A stretch of DNA of 64,000 nucleotides from Gemmatimonadales bacterium (GTDB lineage Bacteria > Gemmatimonadota > Gemmatimonadetes > Gemmatimonadales > GWC2-71-9): assembly GCA_037189525.1 (NCBI GenBank), contig JBBCJC010000003.1, positions 754,351-818,350 of the forward strand, written 5' to 3'. Below are positions 1-10,306 of the stretch, in pieces. The notes under the pieces are model-generated. The model did not search any database and was not told the DNA's origin. It saw nothing but the letters and a program-made list of their open reading frames with translations. The position numbers and the translations under genes are program-made. Position 1 is the first letter of the stretch, and each line of letters begins with the position of its first letter.

Positions 1-983
1 GGACCCACGGGAGCTTTTATCACGAGCCCCGCTGGCTCGAAACCATTGCGGGCATGTTCCGGTTTCCGCTCGACTGCCTAACGGTATACGACGACGATCG
101 ACCGGTTGCTGCGCTGCCACTGGCCACCGTTCCAGCGCTCGGCGGGCGTCCGCATCTGGTGAGCTTCCCGTTCAGCTATGTCACCGGAAGCATCGGCGAT
201 CCGACCGCGGACGCCGACCTGGCGCGCCATGCCATCGATCTCGCGCGCGAACGGCGGGTCCGGTATCTCGAGATCAAGCGGGCAGGGGAGCCCGCCCTGG
301 TCGAGCCGCTGGTTCGGGTGTCACGATACCATACCTTTGAAGTGCCGCTCGCGGGCGGATCCGAGGCGGTGTGGGCCACGCTCGACGGTGACAGCACGCG
401 CCGAGGCATCCGGAAGGCACAGAAGGGCGGGCTTCGGATCGAACGGGTGAGTGACGGCCAGGGATGGGACGCGATGGCGGCATTCCAGGACGACACCGCG
501 CGCCGCCACGGACTTCCCGCCCCGCCTCGGCGATTCTGGCGTGAAGGGGTCACCGGGCTCGCCGAACACGGGTTGGCGCGGGCATACCTCGCCTTTGCCG
601 ATACTACCCGTCCGATTGCGGGGATTACCGTCTGGACGGCGCCGTCGCGCTGGATCTACGCGTTCGGCGGGGCCGATCCCAGCCATCTGGGCCGGCGTCC
701 CAATCATTTGCTGCTCTGGACCGCGTTGACGGATGCAATCGCGGAGGGGGTTCAGATCTTCGACCTGGGCCGGGCCGCGCCGGAGCAGGAAAGCCTGGTA
801 ACTTTCAAGCGTCGCTGGGGCGGGCAACCGAAGCCGCTGGCGTACGATTACTGGCCGGCCGCGCGGGGAGTGCACCTGGCGCCGCGCAACCGCGGCCCGC
901 TTCGGATGGCGGCTCGCGTCTGGTCGGCCTTGCCGCTCGGGGTGACTCGGCTCGGTTCATCGCTGTACCGTTACTTGGGGTAA
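1..983 (+). CDS. GNAT/FemAB-like acyltransferase (5'-partial, starts upstream of the window)
   Basis: The frame is open from position 3 (THGSFYHEPRWLETIAGM...). It carries FemAB-like motifs RRGIRKAQKGGL, PNHLLLW, FDLGR and FKRRWG. Confidence 0.8.
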   Translation, partial: THGSFYHEPRWLETIAGMFRFPLDCLTVYDDDRPVAALPLATVPALGGRPHLVSFPFSYVTGSIGDPTADADLARHAIDLARERRVRYLEIKRAGEPALVEPLVRVSRYHTFEVPLAGGSEAVWATLDGDSTRRGIRKAQKGGLRIERVSDGQGWDAMAAFQDDTARRHGLPAPPRRFWREGVTGLAEHGLARAYLAFADTTRPIAGITVWTAPSRWIYAFGGADPSHLGRRPNHLLLWTALTDAIAEGVQIFDLGRAAPEQESLVTFKRRWGGQPKPLAYDYWPAARGVHLAPRNRGPLRMAARVWSALPLGVTRLGSSLYRYLG

Positions 984-987
984 GCTC

Positions 988-1449
988 ATGCTGCTCCGGA
1001 AAGTCCGTCGCAAGTTTTTGAAGACCTGGGCGCGGCACACCATGCTGCCCGGCTGGCGCCTCACCCTGCTTCGATGGGCCGGGGTGCGGATCGGTCAGGA
1101 TGCGTATGTCGCGGACGATCTGATCATCGTCGAGGAGCTGTCCGGACCCGGCCTCGTCACCATCGGCGACCGAGCCAGCCTGGCTCCGCGGGTGACGATC
1201 GTGACCTCGTCGCATCCGAATCACTCGCGGATCGGGCCGACCGCTCCGGTCGCTTCCGGCCCGGTGACCATCGAGGCCGATGCCTGGATCGGCGCCGGGG
1301 CCGTCCTCCTGCCCAACGTGACCGTCGGTCGCGGCGCCATCGTCGCTGCCGGCGCCGTCGTCACCCGCGATGTGGCTCCTCTCGATATCGTCGGCGGGCA
1401 GCCCGCGCGCACCATCGGCGCGGTAACGCCGCCGCCGGGATGGGCATGA
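988..1449 (+). CDS. Hexapeptide-repeat (left-handed beta-helix) O-acyltransferase
   Basis: VTIEADAWIGAGAVLLPNVTVGRGAIVAAGAVVTRDV...GGQPAR signature. Confidence 0.9.
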   Translation: MLLRKVRRKFLKTWARHTMLPGWRLTLLRWAGVRIGQDAYVADDLIIVEELSGPGLVTIGDRASLAPRVTIVTSSHPNHSRIGPTAPVASGPVTIEADAWIGAGAVLLPNVTVGRGAIVAAGAVVTRDVAPLDIVGGQPARTIGAVTPPPGWA

Positions 1450-2816
1450 CCGTTCTGGCCATGCTGGACGGGCTCTCGCCGCTCGAACGATACGCGATGG
1501 ACGTCCTGCTCGACCTGAGCCGGTTGCCGCGCACGGACCGGATGCTCGATGGTGCGACTCCGGTCACGGCCGGGGCGGCGGGAGCGACCGGATTCAATGT
1601 CGTCGAGGGACGTGTCGTCGTCGATCGCAACATCCTGGCCGAGACGGCGGCGTTGCTGACGCTTGCTGCGGAACGGGACAGTCCGGTACGAGACGCGCGT
1701 GGCCGAGTGCCGGCGAACGTCAATTTGCTGGGAGCGACCGGGCGCGAATTGGAGCCGGTCGTTCAACGTCACGCGGTTGCGCTGCGGCGTGTCGTCGCCG
1801 CCTTGCGCGGTACGATGCCGGCGCTGCTGGCGCCGTGGCCCGAGGGCGCGCGATGGGCGGTCGCGCTGACGCACGATCTGGACCTGGTCCGGTGGTGGGG
1901 CCTGGGCTATGCCGCTCGGAGTCTCGAACTGCTCCGCCGAGGCGAGTGGCGCCGCTGGATGCGGGCCACCGGTGCCGCACTCGGCGCGGTTGGCCGCGGT
2001 CCTGTGCTCGGAGCGATCGAACGTCTTCTGGAGGTGGAAGCCGCGCACGGTGTCACGTCGACCTGGTTCGTGATGGCCGGCGCGCCCAGCCTGCGCAGCG
2101 TACTGGCCGGGGACGTGACCTACCCGATCGAGTCGGCGCGGAGCATCCTGGAGCAGATCCGTACTCGAGGCCATGAGGTCGGACTCCACGGAAGCTTCGC
2201 GACGGCCCAATCCGACGCGATGCTGCGGCGCGAGCGCGATACGCTCGAGCAGGCAGTCGGGAGATCGGTGCGAGCCACTCGCCAGCACTTCCTCCGAATG
2301 GAACCTCTTGCTACGCAGGAGCGGGCGGCCGCACTGGGATTCACCGTCGACTCGACCGTCGGCTACTACGATCGCGCGGGCTTCCGGCTCGGCGTCGCCG
2401 ACCTCGTGCCGCTGGCCGATGGAAGCGGCAGGGCGCTCGGGATCGGCGAGGCGCCGCTGGTCTGGATGGATCGCGCCAGCAGTAAGTATCGCGGCATCGA
2501 GACCCCGGCTGCGTGGATCGATGAGGCGCTGACCTCGGCGCAGGTGGTCGAATCGGTGGAGGGGCTCTGGGTCGGCCTCTGGCATCCGAACCTGGCTGCG
2601 CCGTTCGGCTTTCCGGATGCGGAGCCGGCGTTTGCGGATCTGGTGACTCGATTGGCGGCGCACAAGCCATGGTTCGCGACCGTGAGCCAAGTTGCCGCCT
2701 GGCGGGGCCGGCGCCGGAGTGTGCGGGTAACCGGATTCGAGGCCGGCGGGCGGCCGATCCTCACCGACCCGGAAGGCGCCCGAGCGGACGAGTTCCTGGA
2801 GGCTCGCGCCGCATGA
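1446..2816 (+). CDS. Polysaccharide deacetylase-family protein
   Basis: Motifs ALTHDLD, STWF, EVGLHGS, RQHFLR, DST and LWHP. ATG at 1446 overlaps the upstream stop (ATGA), so the ORF-track N-extension is rejected. Confidence 0.8.
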   Translation: MTVLAMLDGLSPLERYAMDVLLDLSRLPRTDRMLDGATPVTAGAAGATGFNVVEGRVVVDRNILAETAALLTLAAERDSPVRDARGRVPANVNLLGATGRELEPVVQRHAVALRRVVAALRGTMPALLAPWPEGARWAVALTHDLDLVRWWGLGYAARSLELLRRGEWRRWMRATGAALGAVGRGPVLGAIERLLEVEAAHGVTSTWFVMAGAPSLRSVLAGDVTYPIESARSILEQIRTRGHEVGLHGSFATAQSDAMLRRERDTLEQAVGRSVRATRQHFLRMEPLATQERAAALGFTVDSTVGYYDRAGFRLGVADLVPLADGSGRALGIGEAPLVWMDRASSKYRGIETPAAWIDEALTSAQVVESVEGLWVGLWHPNLAAPFGFPDAEPAFADLVTRLAAHKPWFATVSQVAAWRGRRRSVRVTGFEAGGRPILTDPEGARADEFLEARAA

Positions 2817-3748
2817 CATCCGCCGAACCGGCAGGTGTCCGGCCGCCCCGAGCCTGGCTGCGGTACCTCCGCGGGCTGCTCGGTGTCCTGATCCTGTACT
2901 TCGTCGGGCGACACCTGCTCCGCAACTGGGAGCAGTTCCGGGGCATCGAACTCTCATGGCAGATCCGTCCGTTGCCGCTGATCGGGGCGGTCCTCGTGAT
3001 CGTCGGGATGTACGCCCTCCTGGTCGAAGCGTGGCGCCAGCTGGCGGCGGCTTGGGGATGGGACATGACGTGGCGTCAGGCAGCCCGGGTCTGGATCATT
3101 TCGAGTATGGGGAAGTACCTCCCGGGGAAAGTGTGGACCGTGGCCGGGGTGGCGTCTTTTGCGCAGGAAGCGGGTGTCTCGGTTTGGGCCGCGACCGGCT
3201 CGGCACTGGTCAACCAGGTGCTGTCGCTGGCGGCGGGAGCCGCGGTCGCGGCGCTGACCGGCTTCAGCGTGGCGCCGGATGGCATCTTTCGGGTGCTGAT
3301 CTGGATCAGTCTCGCCGGGGGCGTCGTCGGGCTGGCATTTCTGGTCTGGCCTGGGGCGCTCGGTCGGATCATGGCCGTGGCAACGAGCGGGCGGGTTGCG
3401 TTACCAATTCGCCGGGGTCCGGTCGTCCTGGCCGTGGCGATCCATGCGGTGTCCTGGGCGGGGTATGGCGTGGCGCTGTTGCTCGTGCTGGCGGGGACGC
3501 TTCCCGACGTTCAGCTTGGCCTGCGCGAGGCCATTGCGGGATTTACGATCTCCTATATCGTTGGCTTCCTGGCGCTCCTGGCCCCGGGTGGGCTCGGAGT
3601 GCGAGAGGGTACTTTGGTCATACTGCTGCAGGGGTCGATCGGTGCGGCGCCCGCAGTTGCCCTTGCCGCGGCATCGCGGCTCGTCATGACAGTGGCGGAC
3701 ATTGTGGCGGTGGCCCCGTTTCTCGCTGCCGGGAGAAAACCTAAGTGA
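2813..3748 (+). CDS. Lysylphosphatidylglycerol-synthase TM-domain / flippase-like membrane protein
   Basis: Multi-pass hydrophobic protein with GKYLPGKVW and PGGLGVREG motifs. ATGA overlap at 2813. Confidence 0.8.
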   Translation: MTSAEPAGVRPPRAWLRYLRGLLGVLILYFVGRHLLRNWEQFRGIELSWQIRPLPLIGAVLVIVGMYALLVEAWRQLAAAWGWDMTWRQAARVWIISSMGKYLPGKVWTVAGVASFAQEAGVSVWAATGSALVNQVLSLAAGAAVAALTGFSVAPDGIFRVLIWISLAGGVVGLAFLVWPGALGRIMAVATSGRVALPIRRGPVVLAVAIHAVSWAGYGVALLLVLAGTLPDVQLGLREAIAGFTISYIVGFLALLAPGGLGVREGTLVILLQGSIGAAPAVALAAASRLVMTVADIVAVAPFLAAGRKPK

Positions 3749-6114
3749 CCGATAGTACATCGCCCGATTTCGAACCCCGGCGGCCGGCGCTCGTGGCGGC
3801 GGTTGTTTTCGTCGTTGCCGCGCTGACCCTCTGCTGGCCGATGCTGCGCGGCGATTTTCTGATCGGGCAGTACTCGGACATGTACGAGGCAGGGTACGGT
3901 TTCCGGATCTTTGCCGCCAACTACTTCCGGGAGTACGGCTCGATTCCGCTCTGGAATCCGTATCTGATGGGCGGGGTACCGTTCGTCGGGGCCGGCGGCG
4001 GCGACATCTTTTACCCGACCGCGTGGCTTCGCTGGATCCTGCCAACCGATCTCGCGATCAACCTCGGCTTTGCGGGACATATCGTCCTCGCCGGCGCGGC
4101 CGTCTATGCATTGCTGCGCGCGCTTCGGGTCAGCTGGGCCGGCGCGTTGGTCGGCGGTCTGGCATTTCAGATGACCGGGATCGTCCTGTCACTGGTGCAC
4201 CCGGGACACGACGGCAAGCTGTTCGTCTCCGCGCTGGCACCGCTGTTGTTTCTGGCCATCGTTCGCGCGGTGCGCGACGGCTCGATTGTGGGTTACGGTA
4301 ACATCGCGCTGACCGTGGGTCTCTCGCTGCATGGTCATCCGCAGATGGCGTACTACCTGCTCGTGGGCGGGCTGATCTGGGGCCTCTTCTGGGTCTTTGG
4401 CCCGGAGGGGCCTCGAACGGCAGCAGGCCGAGGCAAAGTGATCGCTGCAAGCGTGGCGGTGGTGGTCCTCGGGATCGGCCTCTATGCTATCTACGGCATG
4501 CCGATGTCTGCGCACGTACCATATAGCCCGCGGGTCGAGGGCGGCGTCAGCTCCGGATGGGCGCATGCCACCTCGTTTGCACTGCCGCTGTCGGAACTCC
4601 CCGGCCTTCTGTTGCCGGCCATCGATGGTGGCGTAACGCCGACCTATTTCGGTCGGAATGGTCTCAAACTCCATACCGAGTACCTAGGCCCCGTCGCGAT
4701 CGTCCTCGCGATACTCGGCATGGGTGGCGTGGAGCGAAAGCGGATCCGACTCGCGCTGGGAGTCATCGCTGGATTGTTTCTCCTGGTCAGTGTCGGCGGC
4801 GGTACACCGTTCTTTCGGCTCTGGTATGCGGTCATGCCAATGTCCGCGACGCTTCGAGCGCCCGGCATGGCATTCTTTCTGGTCGCGATGCCGCTCGCGG
4901 TCTTTGCCGGGTTCGGAGCGGAGCGGCTCTTCCGCCGTGACATCTCGATTCCGCGTCTGAGCATCGTTGCCGGGCTGATCGCTTTGCTTGCGTTGCTCGG
5001 TGTGATCGGCTTCCTGCAGATGATGGTCGAGGACTGGGCCCGGGGGACAGGCTATCAGGGCGTTCCGGAAATGGCCATTGCCAATGCGGGCAAGCTTCGC
5101 ACCGACAGTATTCGTTTGTTGATCGTTACGGCGGTGACCGCTGGTCTGATCTGGGCTATTGCACGCGATCGGATTCGCGGTGTGGCCGCAGTTGCCACGA
5201 TCGGCGCCGTGCTTTGGGCGGATCTTTGGATCGTCGGCAGGCACTCGTTCGTCTTTTCGCCGGGGGCCAAGGTGACCTACGCCTCCGATCCGATCATGCA
5301 GCACTTGGAGCAGATCAAACCGCCTTATCGAGTCTACGCTCCCTCGGCACAGTATGCCGGGCTCAGTCCGTACCCGAAGAGCTGGCTGATGGCCGCCGAT
5401 ATTCCGGTGCTCTTCGGCTACCACGGCAACGAGATCCGTTACTTCGACGACCTGCTCGGTGGCAAGAACATCTGGCAGAACCAGTTGAGCCCCGCGATGT
5501 GGGATCTCTTCGCGGTCCGCTACTTCGTCGTCAAAGAACCCCAGCAGATTCCGGGGTTCCGTCAGGTCTTGGGGCCGGTCGAGACCCATCATGGCCCGGG
5601 ATATCTCTTCGAGGCGGAGAATCCTCCGCAGTACGCGAAGGTCATCGCCGGTGCGATCAAGGTGCCGGACGACGCGATCGTCGAATCCGTGACAGATCAG
5701 CGCTTTCCCATCGATCGGGTTCTGATCTATTCGGATACGGCCGGCGTTACGCCCCGCGACCTGGGTAACCAGGTGCCGGAACCGTCTGCCCGGCGAGCAG
5801 AAGTCACCGAATGGCGCCCGGGTCGGATGCGGGTAACAATCAGTGGCGACGCGGCACACGACGAGTATCTGCTGGTTTCGGAGAACTGGTATCCCGACTG
5901 GAAAGCCACCCTCGACGGCACTCCGATTCCGGTCCTGCGCGCCAACAATACGCTGCTCAGCGTGGTACTCCCGGCCGGCGCCCGCGAAGTCGTCTTCGAG
6001 TATGACTCGCGCAGCTATCGACGCGGGCGTGCCGTCAGCATGATGTCCCTCGTCGGCGTGGCGGCCATTTTCGCGGGAGCGGCGGTCAGGCGGAGAAGGG
6101 GTCGCGATGCCTGA
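3745..6114 (+). CDS. YfhO-family membrane glycosyltransferase (GT-C)
   Basis: PLWNPYLMGGVPF...FYP N-terminal motif, many TM helices, and C-terminal SENWYPDWKA..DG...LPAG..EV.FEY. Confidence 0.85.
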   Translation: MTDSTSPDFEPRRPALVAAVVFVVAALTLCWPMLRGDFLIGQYSDMYEAGYGFRIFAANYFREYGSIPLWNPYLMGGVPFVGAGGGDIFYPTAWLRWILPTDLAINLGFAGHIVLAGAAVYALLRALRVSWAGALVGGLAFQMTGIVLSLVHPGHDGKLFVSALAPLLFLAIVRAVRDGSIVGYGNIALTVGLSLHGHPQMAYYLLVGGLIWGLFWVFGPEGPRTAAGRGKVIAASVAVVVLGIGLYAIYGMPMSAHVPYSPRVEGGVSSGWAHATSFALPLSELPGLLLPAIDGGVTPTYFGRNGLKLHTEYLGPVAIVLAILGMGGVERKRIRLALGVIAGLFLLVSVGGGTPFFRLWYAVMPMSATLRAPGMAFFLVAMPLAVFAGFGAERLFRRDISIPRLSIVAGLIALLALLGVIGFLQMMVEDWARGTGYQGVPEMAIANAGKLRTDSIRLLIVTAVTAGLIWAIARDRIRGVAAVATIGAVLWADLWIVGRHSFVFSPGAKVTYASDPIMQHLEQIKPPYRVYAPSAQYAGLSPYPKSWLMAADIPVLFGYHGNEIRYFDDLLGGKNIWQNQLSPAMWDLFAVRYFVVKEPQQIPGFRQVLGPVETHHGPGYLFEAENPPQYAKVIAGAIKVPDDAIVESVTDQRFPIDRVLIYSDTAGVTPRDLGNQVPEPSARRAEVTEWRPGRMRVTISGDAAHDEYLLVSENWYPDWKATLDGTPIPVLRANNTLLSVVLPAGAREVVFEYDSRSYRRGRAVSMMSLVGVAAIFAGAAVRRRRGRDA

Positions 6115-6826
6115 GCGATACCTCGTCATTCTGCCGACCTACAACGAGAGCATGAACCTGCCCCAGATCGTCCCGGCGATTCTGGATCAGGATCCGCGAC
6201 TCGAAGTACTCGTCGTTGACGACAACTCGCCGGATGGAACCGGGGAGCTGGCCGATCAACTGGCCGCCGCCTTTGCCCGGGTGCACGTGCTCCATCGCGC
6301 CGCCAAGGAAGGTCTTGGCAAAGCCTATCTAGCAGGGTTTAGCTGGGGACTAGAACAGGGGTACGATCGGCTGCTCGAGATGGATGCGGACTTCTCCCAC
6401 GATCCCAAATTCCTGCCGCAGATGCTCGCGGCTGCCGACGAATCGGACCTGGTGATCGGCTCGCGCTACAAGAGTGGAGTCAATGTCATCAACTGGCCGA
6501 TGTCGCGGCTGTTGCTCTCGTATGGGGCCAATATCTACGTACGGTGGGTGACGGGCCTGCCGCTGACCGACGCGACCGGCGGTTTCAAATGCTTCCGCCG
6601 AGAAGTCCTCGCAGCGCTCCCGCTCGATCGGGTCCGGTCCAACGGATACGCCTTTCAGATCGAAATGAGTTTCCGCGCCTGGCGAAAGAAATTTCGCCTG
6701 ACCGAGATTCCCATCGTCTTTACCGATCGGGTCGAGGGCAGCAGCAAGATGAGCAAGGCGATCGTCCGGGAGGCCGTGTGGATGGTCTGGTGGCTCTGGA
6801 TTGCCGATCGCTTGGGGCGCCTATGA
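6107..6826 (+). CDS. Polyprenol-phosphate glycosyltransferase (GT2, DPM1/Ppm1-like)
   Basis: Motifs LPTYNE, VDDNSPDGTG, MDADFSHDP, IGSRY and GYAFQIE. Confidence 0.92.
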   Translation: MPERYLVILPTYNESMNLPQIVPAILDQDPRLEVLVVDDNSPDGTGELADQLAAAFARVHVLHRAAKEGLGKAYLAGFSWGLEQGYDRLLEMDADFSHDPKFLPQMLAAADESDLVIGSRYKSGVNVINWPMSRLLLSYGANIYVRWVTGLPLTDATGGFKCFRREVLAALPLDRVRSNGYAFQIEMSFRAWRKKFRLTEIPIVFTDRVEGSSKMSKAIVREAVWMVWWLWIADRLGRL

Positions 6827-7647
6827 GTTCGAACCGATTCTACAAGATGCAGGGATCCGGCAACGACTTCGTGTTCCTGGATGCCCGAGAGCACCGGCTG
6901 GAAGACTGGCCTGTCGAAAGGATTCAGCGGATTACCGATCGCCGGCTGGGAGTGGGAGCCGACGGTGTCGTCCATCTGGCGCAGACCGGCCCGCAGTCGA
7001 TCCGGATGATTTACTTCAATGCCGATGGCTCGCGGGTCGATATGTGCGGCAACGCCGCCCTCTGCAGTACGCGTCTGGCCGTCCGGCTTGACCTGGTCGA
7101 CGCGGAAACCGAGATCGCGCTCGATGCCGACGCAGGGCGATTCCACAGCCGAACGGTCGGGACGGGCGCCGATGCGGAGCTGGCGTTTCCGACTGTCGAC
7201 GTGCCGGCACCCATAGCTATCGAACTCGAGGCCGGCGAGCGCCGAGCGTTCTTTGGGGTGGTCGGTGTCGCGCACGTCATCGTGCTGGTCGACGACATCG
7301 AAGCCGTCGACGTCGCGCGACGCGGCCGGCAGCTGCGTTACTCGGAACACTTCGCACCGGACGGCACCAACGTCAACTTCATCGGGCCGATCGATGCCGC
7401 CGATGCCGGATGGCGGCTGCGCACTTACGAACGGGGCGTGGAAGCCGAGACCCTCGCGTGCGGCACCGGAACCGTCGCGTCGGCTCTGGCATTGGCGAGT
7501 GTGGGCCTGCTGACATTGCCGGTCCGGATCCGGTCGTCGAGCGGCGCCGTCTACGCCATCGACGGCCGCATCGACAGCGGGCGGGCGTACGACCTCTGGC
7601 TGCGCGGGCCGGGCCAGCTGGCCTTTGTCGGCGAGTGGGCCGGATGA
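6823..7647 (+). CDS. dapF: Diaminopimelate epimerase
   Basis: FYKMQGSGNDF, GVGADG, MCGNA and ERGVEAETLACGTG, with both catalytic Cys present. ATG at 6823. Confidence 0.95.
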   Translation: MSSNRFYKMQGSGNDFVFLDAREHRLEDWPVERIQRITDRRLGVGADGVVHLAQTGPQSIRMIYFNADGSRVDMCGNAALCSTRLAVRLDLVDAETEIALDADAGRFHSRTVGTGADAELAFPTVDVPAPIAIELEAGERRAFFGVVGVAHVIVLVDDIEAVDVARRGRQLRYSEHFAPDGTNVNFIGPIDAADAGWRLRTYERGVEAETLACGTGTVASALALASVGLLTLPVRIRSSSGAVYAIDGRIDSGRAYDLWLRGPGQLAFVGEWAG

Positions 7648-7663
7648 GACTGCGGCAGATCGC

Positions 7664-9772
7664 CTAACGCCGGAGCAGCCTGAGGCTGTTGCCGATCACC
7701 AGTAGACTGGCGCCAACATCGGCCACGACCGCCATCCACATCGTACCCGCTCCGACGGCTGTAGCCACCAGAAACACCAGCTTGATGCCGAGCGCCAGGG
7801 CGATGTTCTGATAGAGGACTCGTCGTGTCGCCCGCGCGATCCGGACGAAGGTCGGGATTTTTCGCAGGTCATCGTCGGCGAGGGCGACCCCGGCCGTCTC
7901 GATGGCGGTATCCGTTCCAGCCGCTCCCATGGCAAATCCGATGTCGGCCCGAGCCAGTGCCGGCGCATCGTTGATGCCGTCGCCGGCCATTCCGACACCG
8001 CCGCCCCGAGACAGCAGAGCCTCGATTTCCCGGAGTTTGTCGTCCGGCAACAGAGCGCCTCTAGCCGTCGTGATGCCGACCTGACGGGCCACCTCGTCGA
8101 CGTTGTCCTGACGATCGCCACTCAGGATCACCGTCTCGATACCGAACGACCGCAGCTGATCGATCGCCTCGCGGCTGCTCGGCTTGACCGTATCCGTCAT
8201 CACAAACCCGGCACGAACGCCATGCTCGTCGGCCAGCCAGGTCGAGGCCGGCCGTGTCATCGGCAGGAGAGATATGCCGAGTTCGCCGAGCCAGCGGGCG
8301 CTGCCCAGATAGTACCGCTGACCCGCGATGGTTCCAGTGACACCACGACCCGGCTCAGCCCGGAAGTCGTCGACGGTGGCCTGCCGTACCGAGTCGATGC
8401 CGGCGTGGGCGAGGATGGCAGCGGACGCCGGGTGATCCGAGAACGCGGCGAGACTTGCCGCAACGTGCATCGCGGCCTCGGTGTCCGTCTCGGCGGGAAA
8501 ATACACCTCAGCGACACCGAGTTGTCCCGACGTCAGCGTGCCGGTCTTGTCTACTGCGAGCCACCGTAACCGGTGGCCCAGTTCGAGAAACTTGCCGCCT
8601 TTGATCAGGATACCGCGACGCGCAGCTGCCGAAAGCCCGCTCACAATGGCAACGGGAGTCGAGATGACCAGCGCGCAGGGGCAGGCAATGACTAAGAGCA
8701 CCAGACCGCGATAGATCCAATCACTCCAGGCGCCGGCGCCGAGCAACGGCGGCAGAACCGCAACCAGCACGGCGCCGAGAAAGACTAGCGGCGTATAGAT
8801 ACGGGCAAAACGGTCGACGAAACGCTGGATCGGTGCTCGGGATCGTTGCGCGCTTTCGACGCTTCGCAGTACCTGCGCAAGTGCGGTGTCGGTCGCGGCT
8901 GCGGTCACCTCGTACTCGAGCGCACCCGTGCCGTTCATCGTGCCGGCAAAGACCCGGTCGCCGGGCGCGACATCGACGGGGATGCTCTCGCCGGTAATCG
9001 GGGCCTGGTCGACCGTTGATACGCCTGCTCGGACAACGCCGTCCAGGGCAATGCGTTCACCCGGCCGAGTGCGGACCATGGCCCCGACCGGAACCGTGCT
9101 GGCATCGACTTCATCCCAGCGGCTCTCGGCCGTCCGCATCACGGCCGTTGCCGGAGCCAACGCCAGCAGGTCGCGTATCGCGCGGCGGCTGCGGTCGAGC
9201 GCACCGGCCTCCAGTCGCTCCGCAACCGCAAACAGGACCATCACCATCGCGGCTTCGGGCCATTCGCCGATCAACAATGCGCCGGTCACGGCAATCGCCA
9301 TCAGCGCATTGATGTTGAGATTCCGGTTGACGAGCGCAACCCACCCTTTGCGATAGGTGGGCAGTCCGGTCGTTAGGATTGCAGCGGCAGACAGGACCGC
9401 CACGGCCCAGTGGAATCCTCCGACCGTCCAATGAACGAGCTCGGCCAGCAGGGCCGCCGCGCCAGAGAGAAGGAGGGGCCACCACGGCGCCGCGGCGCGA
9501 TCGACAGGCCCCGTCGCTCTGTCCTGTTTGAGGACCGGATCAAACCCGAGCGACCGGATGGCCGTGAGGGACCGCGGCAAGGCATCGGGAACATGGGTGA
9601 GGGTCAGGGTTCGGCCGATCAGGTCGAAATCCAGACTGTGAATGCCAGGCAGGCCCGTGAGCTTTGCCCGGATCAGTCCCTCCTCGGTGGGACAATCCAT
9701 CTGGATGATCGCCAGTGTCGTCTGATGGGTGAGGCAGCCGCACACCAGCTGATTGCACGCCGTCGCCGTCAT
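7664..9772 (-). CDS. cadA: Heavy-metal (Cd/Zn/Pb) P1B-type ATPase
   Basis: N-terminal MDCPTEE metal-binding domain plus TGES, CPC, DKTGT, HP and GDGINDAP. The start is placed at ATG 9772 because the upstream TTG lies inside the promoter. Confidence 0.93.
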   Translation of the reverse strand: MTATACNQLVCGCLTHQTTLAIIQMDCPTEEGLIRAKLTGLPGIHSLDFDLIGRTLTLTHVPDALPRSLTAIRSLGFDPVLKQDRATGPVDRAAAPWWPLLLSGAAALLAELVHWTVGGFHWAVAVLSAAAILTTGLPTYRKGWVALVNRNLNINALMAIAVTGALLIGEWPEAAMVMVLFAVAERLEAGALDRSRRAIRDLLALAPATAVMRTAESRWDEVDASTVPVGAMVRTRPGERIALDGVVRAGVSTVDQAPITGESIPVDVAPGDRVFAGTMNGTGALEYEVTAAATDTALAQVLRSVESAQRSRAPIQRFVDRFARIYTPLVFLGAVLVAVLPPLLGAGAWSDWIYRGLVLLVIACPCALVISTPVAIVSGLSAAARRGILIKGGKFLELGHRLRWLAVDKTGTLTSGQLGVAEVYFPAETDTEAAMHVAASLAAFSDHPASAAILAHAGIDSVRQATVDDFRAEPGRGVTGTIAGQRYYLGSARWLGELGISLLPMTRPASTWLADEHGVRAGFVMTDTVKPSSREAIDQLRSFGIETVILSGDRQDNVDEVARQVGITTARGALLPDDKLREIEALLSRGGGVGMAGDGINDAPALARADIGFAMGAAGTDTAIETAGVALADDDLRKIPTFVRIARATRRVLYQNIALALGIKLVFLVATAVGAGTMWMAVVADVGASLLVIGNSLRLLRR

Positions 9773-9801
9773 CGTCGTCCGATTCCTGATCGCATTGTAG
9801 C

Positions 9802-9832
9802 AGCTTACACCCTGAAGTAGCTTTAGGGTCAA
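9802..9832 (-). promoter_or_regulatory. MerR-type (CadR/PbrR) promoter-operator for cadA
   Basis: The minus strand reads TTGACC, a 19-nt spacer (CTAAAGCTACTTCAGGGTG), then TAAGCT. The dyad ACCCT(A/G)AAG-N3-CTT(C/T)AGGGT spans the spacer. A 19-bp spacer is the MerR hallmark. Confidence 0.9.
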
Positions 9833-9856
9833 GAGGCTGACGGGAAGGGGAAAAAA

Positions 9857-10306
9857 ATGACGTTACGGATCGGCGATCTGGCCCGGCGGACCGGGTGCCA
9901 GGTCGAGACCATTCGCTACTATGAGCGTCAGGGACTGCTGCCGAAGCCGGCGCGGAGCCCGGGCAACTATCGCGTCTACGGGCCCGCCCACGTCGAACAG
10001 CTGGCGTTCATTCGTCATTGCCGGTCCCTCGATCTGACCTTGGAGGAGATCGGCACGCTCCTGCGATACCGGAATTCACCCGTCGGGACCTGTCAGCGGG
10101 TCGACGGCCTGGTCGATGCGCACATCGCCGAGATCGAGACTAAGATCGCCGAGCTGACCGAGCTGCGGGGACAACTGGTCGCTCTCCGGGAGCAGTGCAA
10201 CGGACCGGTGGAGGGCGGCCAGATCTGCGGGATCCTGCGGGGACTCACCTCGTGCCAATGCCACGATATGGAGCCCGTAACCGCGAATCCCGGAGGCGAT
10301 CGATGA
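9857..10306 (+). CDS. cadR: Cd(II)/Pb(II)-responsive MerR-family regulator
   Basis: RIGDLA...VETIRYYE.GLLP.P.R..GNYR.Y and FIRHCRSLD motifs, three conserved Cys (TCQRV, EQC, ICGIL), divergent from cadA. Confidence 0.92.
   Translation: MTLRIGDLARRTGCQVETIRYYERQGLLPKPARSPGNYRVYGPAHVEQLAFIRHCRSLDLTLEEIGTLLRYRNSPVGTCQRVDGLVDAHIAEIETKIAELTELRGQLVALREQCNGPVEGGQICGILRGLTSCQCHDMEPVTANPGGDR

Noticed and set aside
7640..7670. Second dif site bounding the cadA cassette (pdif/IMEX module)
   Set aside because: No XerC/D arm-like sequence at the left boundary.
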